Under the pieces are notes generated by a model, which was not told where the DNA came from, did not search any database, and saw only the letters and a program-made list of their open reading frames with translations. The position numbers and the translations under genes were made by a program. 64,000 nucleotides of DNA from a virus: the IMG/VR virus record IMGVR_UViG_3300045988_183746; one strand, written 5' to 3'. Below, piece after piece: positions 59,761 to 64,000 of the stretch; position 1 is the stretch's first letter; the number at the start of each line of letters is the position of its first letter.

Positions 59761-61002
59761 TCATTTATAGTAAGTCCCCTTACTTTCATCGTACTTATAG
59801 CCCATCCTTTTGGCAAACTTGCCTACAGTATTGATTTCACCAGGTACATTACTACCATAAGCATTTACATAGGCAATCCATTTTTGTTTCATCTGGTCGA
59901 AATTCAGTTCCTCTCTCTCAGCCGGTGGCATATCCCGCAAAATGTCTTCCGGTTTGATGTCAAATGCCATCTTATCAAAGAGATTCGCCATGTACTCAGC
60001 TTCTTCTTTGACTTTGGCATGATTTCTTTTGACACAATCAATTTCAGCATGCTTTTTAGTCTTATTGGCAGGAGATGGAATGCTGATAATGTTGATTTCA
60101 CTGGGTTGTTCCACGTAATTTTCCTTCATTTTGACATCAAATGCCAGACCGACATATTTTCGGCACTTACGTTTGGCCCATACAGCTACAGTGATATCGG
60201 TAAGCTCATTGATGTAGTTGATGGATTTAGAGCTGACCTGGTTATTGTTAATGATCTCCATTTCAACATAGGTAACATCTATTTTCACAAATGTTCTCCC
60301 TTTTGGTTTTTTCCGAATTCCCAAGACTTTGTTAAAGAATCGGGTTACCGCATTTGGATATTGCGTTTCGTCATAGGTTTTGTCGGTGGCTTTGACTAAC
60401 TGGGCCTTCAGTTCGTCCACGCTGACTTCCATCATTGTTTTCAGGTTTGCAGCTGACTTTAACCATGGATAGAGCCATGCCTGTACCTCATTATTCAACA
60501 AGTTGGCTATGGTGGGAGTAACCTTATTGTACCGTTGGAGAGAAGTGATAAAAGGCTTGGCTGATTCAGTCAGCTTATACATGATGTAGTCAGTCTCGGC
60601 ATTGTATCCAAAGTACTCAAACCAATAGATATTCATAAAACTGACACCTTTGGGGCCTTGCTTCACAATCTTAAAGTAAGGCATGCAGGTCTTTATTTCT
60701 TCTTCCAGCTCCTTTATCAGATTATAGTTTATCTTTGTGGTCGTCAGTCCCAGATACTTGATAAGGTCTTTGCGTTTTATAGCATAGTCACTGTATTTAA
60801 ATAGTTCCGGATTGCTTTCTTGTAGAGTAACATTTTGGCTGATTGTAATCAGCAAGCGGAAGTACCGGATGTTCCTGATCTCAAATTTGACATTTTTGAA
60901 ATCATAAAGGGCATCTGGAATCCTTGCTGGCTTTTTGCCGTCGTATCTCTCTATGCAGAATGTTTCCTTAGGCAAATCAGTTTTGGTTTCTTTATTTGAC
61001 AT
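59761..61002 (-). CDS. Putative plasmid replication initiator protein (Rep)
   Basis: 413-aa ORF transcribed divergently from the + strand array; its upstream region (61.06-62.5 kb) is packed with iterons. No confident family assignment from sequence alone. Confidence 0.6.
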   Translation of the reverse strand: MSNKETKTDLPKETFCIERYDGKKPARIPDALYDFKNVKFEIRNIRYFRLLITISQNVTLQESNPELFKYSDYAIKRKDLIKYLGLTTTKINYNLIKELEEEIKTCMPYFKIVKQGPKGVSFMNIYWFEYFGYNAETDYIMYKLTESAKPFITSLQRYNKVTPTIANLLNNEVQAWLYPWLKSAANLKTMMEVSVDELKAQLVKATDKTYDETQYPNAVTRFFNKVLGIRKKPKGRTFVKIDVTYVEMEIINNNQVSSKSINYINELTDITVAVWAKRKCRKYVGLAFDVKMKENYVEQPSEINIISIPSPANKTKKHAEIDCVKRNHAKVKEEAEYMANLFDKMAFDIKPEDILRDMPPAEREELNFDQMKQKWIAYVNAYGSNVPGEINTVGKFAKRMGYKYDESKGTYYK

Positions 61003-61349
61003 AAGTTTTTTATAATGAATGAGTTACGATTACTAAATTACTCCAATAATTTTAAATCAACAAAAAAGCAGTCAAAAAACGGGGATAATTTTGCACGTTT
61101 TAACAAAGCTGTCCTCACAGGACGTGAAATTCCACCGTTTTTCCACTACAGGTGAGATTTCCACCTGTGACCACTTTTTCATTTATAGTAACCACTAATA
61201 GGGCGAATAAGCTGTATTTTACCACATAATCGGGAACATTTCACGTTGATCCGGATATTTTCGGGCAATTATAACCATTCATGAGGTAATTGTGCTAGTC
61301 CGGGAACGCGATAATATGCCGCTGGCATCAGATGATAACCTATCGTAAT

Positions 61350-62530
61350 ATAAGCAGCTGTGGGGTAAATTAACCGATACCATCCCCCCCACCCCATAAA
61401 TAGGTACATTTCGTGAAGATTGCGATAGTATACACTTAATATACACAGTTGTAGGGATATAGACATAATTTGAATATACTGATAATCTGACAATTATAAA
61501 ATATGGGAGAATGTATTGTAACAACTTGAAGATGATATAATTTACCCCACAACTGAGTACATTACGAATCTCACAAAATGGCATTCAATCAAATATAACC
61601 TATCATAGGGCATAATATTCCCCACTAGAAATGTTCATCAGTCATGAGGAAAACCTCAAAAATTGTGGATATTTCCCCATTTATGCAAATATCTCTGGCT
61701 TTTCAGACTGTTTTTGTCCCAAAAATAATCACCTATGGGGATTTCTGAGTGATTGGTAGCATTAAAGAATGAAATATGATGATACTTTGAGGGGTTTATA
61801 ATGTAACCACCTATGGGGTAAAATGGGTAATTTCCGTTATACAGCCCACAGCTGGTGACATTTCAGCGCTCATTTTCTCTGTTTTTTCCATATATAACCA
61901 CTGATAAGGATAAAAGACTAAGAATCATAACAAACGGAAACTTTGATATTTAAGTCAATATATTGGAAAGATTTACAATCATATTGTACTCAATCATGGG
62001 GGATTAGGAATGTGAAAAGGATTTTTACAAATTACCATGGATGACGCCATTCTAAGGATACTGATAACAACAGGCAAATATCACCGATTGTGGGGAAAAA
62101 TATGCAATTTGGGGTTATTTTTCCCCATTACCGGTTACATTACATCCATATTGCCGATGCCGTTAAGTGTTAAGCGGAAGTAAATGCAATTTTGCATAAT
62201 ACTATATTTCAGAAATTTACAAAATACAATGGTTCCAATTTACCCCACAGCTGATGATATTACAGGCCGAAAACCGATGATATTAAAAGGTTCGTAATAT
62301 ATTATTACAAATCGTAACCCCACAATTGGGTACATTACGACCCCACAGTTGAGTACTTTTTATCCCCATAGGTGGTTATATCTTAAGCAAATTTACCCCA
62401 TAGGTGATGACATAATATCCCCACAGGTGGTGATATTATATATATTGTACATATTGATTATTAGACACTTACAACACCCTATACATATAGACATTTTTAT
62501 AGACACTAATAAGACAATAATAGACATACC
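61350..62530. repeat. Iteron-containing replication origin region (oriV-like)
   Basis: At least 12 copies of a ~22-25-bp iteron with core CCCCAYAG(S)TG-RTGAYATTA. Six are tandem and direct at 62239-62445; others in both orientations at 61355, 61539, 61728, 61807 and 61845. An AT-rich stretch with TAGACA repeats lies at 62460-62530. Confidence 0.75.
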
Positions 62531-62634
62531 GGTAGGAGAGAGTTCATTTTAAAATTTTCAAGAGCCTTCGGCACAAAATGTTATTTTAGTGTAAATTAGA
62601 TTGATTTACACTTGCGAATCATAATGAAAATTGA

Positions 62635-62642
62635 TATCTTTG
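62635..62642 (+). promoter_or_regulatory. Bacteroidota -7 promoter element TATCTTTG
   Basis: 23 nt upstream of the ATG at 62665. Confidence 0.5.
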
Positions 62643-62664
62643 CAAGAAACTAATAATCAATCTT

Positions 62665-63252
62665 ATGAACCAAAACGAAATAGATTTACTGTTTGGCAGA
62701 ATTTGTTCTGCTTCTGAAAAACTTCACTATCTTAGAAACAAACTGTATCAATTCATAAAAGTAACCGATGATGGGGAGTTAACCCAATTGACGGTTCCTT
62801 TGACTGTCGTTCCACAGCACAGCCAGGTGGACATTTCAAATGTTCGCATAATTGTTACGCACGCATACAAAAGCCAAGCCGAATTGCTGAATCTGGTACA
62901 TGACGATTTTCAAGTTAATGCAAACCTGGTTCCTCTGGAATGTCTCGTTTCCATTTCGGATGATCTTAAACTTGAATTGCAGAAAATCAAAGAGAACATC
63001 TACGACGTTGCCAAATCCCTTCTCGAGAAACAAAAGGAGACAGTATATTTTGATTTGACGAATGATTCCTCAGAGTGTCTTCGTACCAACGGCACTTACT
63101 TTAAAGTTTTTAATCTTACCTTGATCAATGACACACTCATATTGGGAGGTGCCGTTGAAAATGATACGCCAGAAGTCTGTCCTGCCGATGATGTCTTCAT
63201 TGAGGATTTCTGTGGTCTGTTGATGGCTCATTGTTCAGATCTCAAACCGTAA
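62665..63252 (+). CDS. Hypothetical protein
   Basis: 195-aa ORF. Confidence 0.55.
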   Translation: MNQNEIDLLFGRICSASEKLHYLRNKLYQFIKVTDDGELTQLTVPLTVVPQHSQVDISNVRIIVTHAYKSQAELLNLVHDDFQVNANLVPLECLVSISDDLKLELQKIKENIYDVAKSLLEKQKETVYFDLTNDSSECLRTNGTYFKVFNLTLINDTLILGGAVENDTPEVCPADDVFIEDFCGLLMAHCSDLKP

Positions 63253-63255
63253 ATT

Positions 63256-63645
63256 ATGAAATTCATAAATAATCTTCGTAATCTGCTGTCACTTGACCGC
63301 ATGCAGCAACAGCGTCAGCTTCGTCTTTGCGAAAGAATGATCGACGAAGCTGAAAATTGTTCTTCGTTCAAAGAACTGCTTGCTTGCCATCAGCATATAT
63401 TCAGCGAAGGGATTCATATACCCAATCTGGATTACCAGCCTACAGGCATGTTCCGTGCAGCTGCCGCCCAGCTGACTCTTGAGAAAGTCTATCTAGGAAA
63501 CATTTGCGGATTATTCATAAAGAATGCAAGATACTGGGAGTCTTCCAAGGATTATATTGCCCGGGATATCTGTCTGAGGCAATGGCAAAATGCACTCATA
63601 GCCAATCTAACCGATTATTCCCGATCACTCACTCAAAAGAGATAA
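63256..63645 (+). CDS. Hypothetical protein
   Basis: 129-aa ORF, 3 nt after the previous stop. Confidence 0.5.
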   Translation: MKFINNLRNLLSLDRMQQQRQLRLCERMIDEAENCSSFKELLACHQHIFSEGIHIPNLDYQPTGMFRAAAAQLTLEKVYLGNICGLFIKNARYWESSKDYIARDICLRQWQNALIANLTDYSRSLTQKR

Positions 63646-63752
63646 CGCTTTAATGGAATAGTTCCTTCTCGTCTTATTTTTTTAATATATATCTATTTAT
63701 CAACTTGTTACATATCGTTTGAGTATCTTTGTATTAGAAAATAATCAGAGAT

Positions 63753-64000
63753 ATGGAAGCGATATTAGTGAACAACAAGACCGGACAAAGACGGGTCGAA
63801 GATCTGTCCTTGGAAGAGTATTATTACTTTGGTTCCAAAGAGGAACATCTCACTCCCGGACACCCTGAAATTTTCCGGAAGGAGATTGAAGATGTACTGA
63901 AACACCTGATATGGGGCGTTATTCATTCCTTCCCGTCAGACTACCCGAAAACAGATTTGAATATTTCCAATGAAACCGTAAAACAAGATGCCGCAAAAAT
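63753..64000 (+). CDS. Hypothetical protein (5' partial at window end)
   Basis: ATG at 63753 (MEAILVNNKTGQRRVEDLSLEEYYYFGSKEEHLTPGHPEIF...) 22 nt downstream of TATCTTTG at 63724-63731; the ORF runs off the window. Confidence 0.45.
   Translation, partial: MEAILVNNKTGQRRVEDLSLEEYYYFGSKEEHLTPGHPEIFRKEIEDVLKHLIWGVIHSFPSDYPKTDLNISNETVKQDAAK

Noticed and set aside
61664-61674. DnaA box near the iterons (TGTGGATAT)
   Set aside because: Single one-mismatch match to TTATCCACA; not enough to call.
1-64000. Stop-codon reassignment (e.g. TAG or TAA read through) as explanation for the in-frame stops
   Set aside because: Only three isolated in-frame stops, of two different codon types. All long ORFs terminate normally with the standard code, and frameshifts co-occur, so pseudogenisation or sequencing error is far more parsimonious.
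1-64000. CRISPR array, tRNA/tmRNA or rRNA genes
   Set aside because: No regularly spaced repeat-spacer structure and no GTTCRANYC T-loop-type tRNA signatures were found. The iteron field has variable spacing and mixed orientation and belongs to an origin.

Overview
This 64-kb window reads like the backbone of a large Bacteroidota-type plasmid or integrative element: many genes carry a TAnnTTTG -7 promoter motif. At the left edge a complete group II intron (about 189..2157, minus strand) carries an intact reverse-transcriptase/maturase ORF. From about 2.5 kb to 59.7 kb nearly every gene is on the + strand, roughly 80 mostly small ORFs each with its own promoter, with rho-independent terminators and dispersed short palindromic elements between them. 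This array ends in an ssb gene followed by a divergent replication-initiator gene and an iteron-rich origin (61.3-62.5 kb). The array looks like a conjugative-element 'leading region' loaded with anti-defence functions. Recognisable genes include: a zincin-like HExxH metallopeptidase; a flotillin/SPFH protein; a frameshifted Bacteroides-type tyrosine recombinase; an orphan C5-cytosine methyltransferase; an overlapping XRE-HTH / ImmA-IrrE peptidase / PIN-like triad; a 1006-aa N6-adenine methyltransferase-SNF2 helicase fusion (DarB/polyvalent-protein-like); a UvrD-family helicase; a PD-(D/E)XK nuclease; a PcfJ-like protein; an ACP-like domain protein; and an acidic ArdA-like gene present twice within a 683-bp near-identical direct repeat. 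Mobile and degenerate DNA includes an IS1182-family IS (transposase on the - strand), an IS1595-family transposase remnant with an in-frame TAG, a decayed Phd/YefM-RelE/ParE module with an intact operator palindrome, and several other frameshifted or stop-interrupted paralogues. Most ORFs have no recognisable family and are listed as hypothetical with low to moderate confidence.
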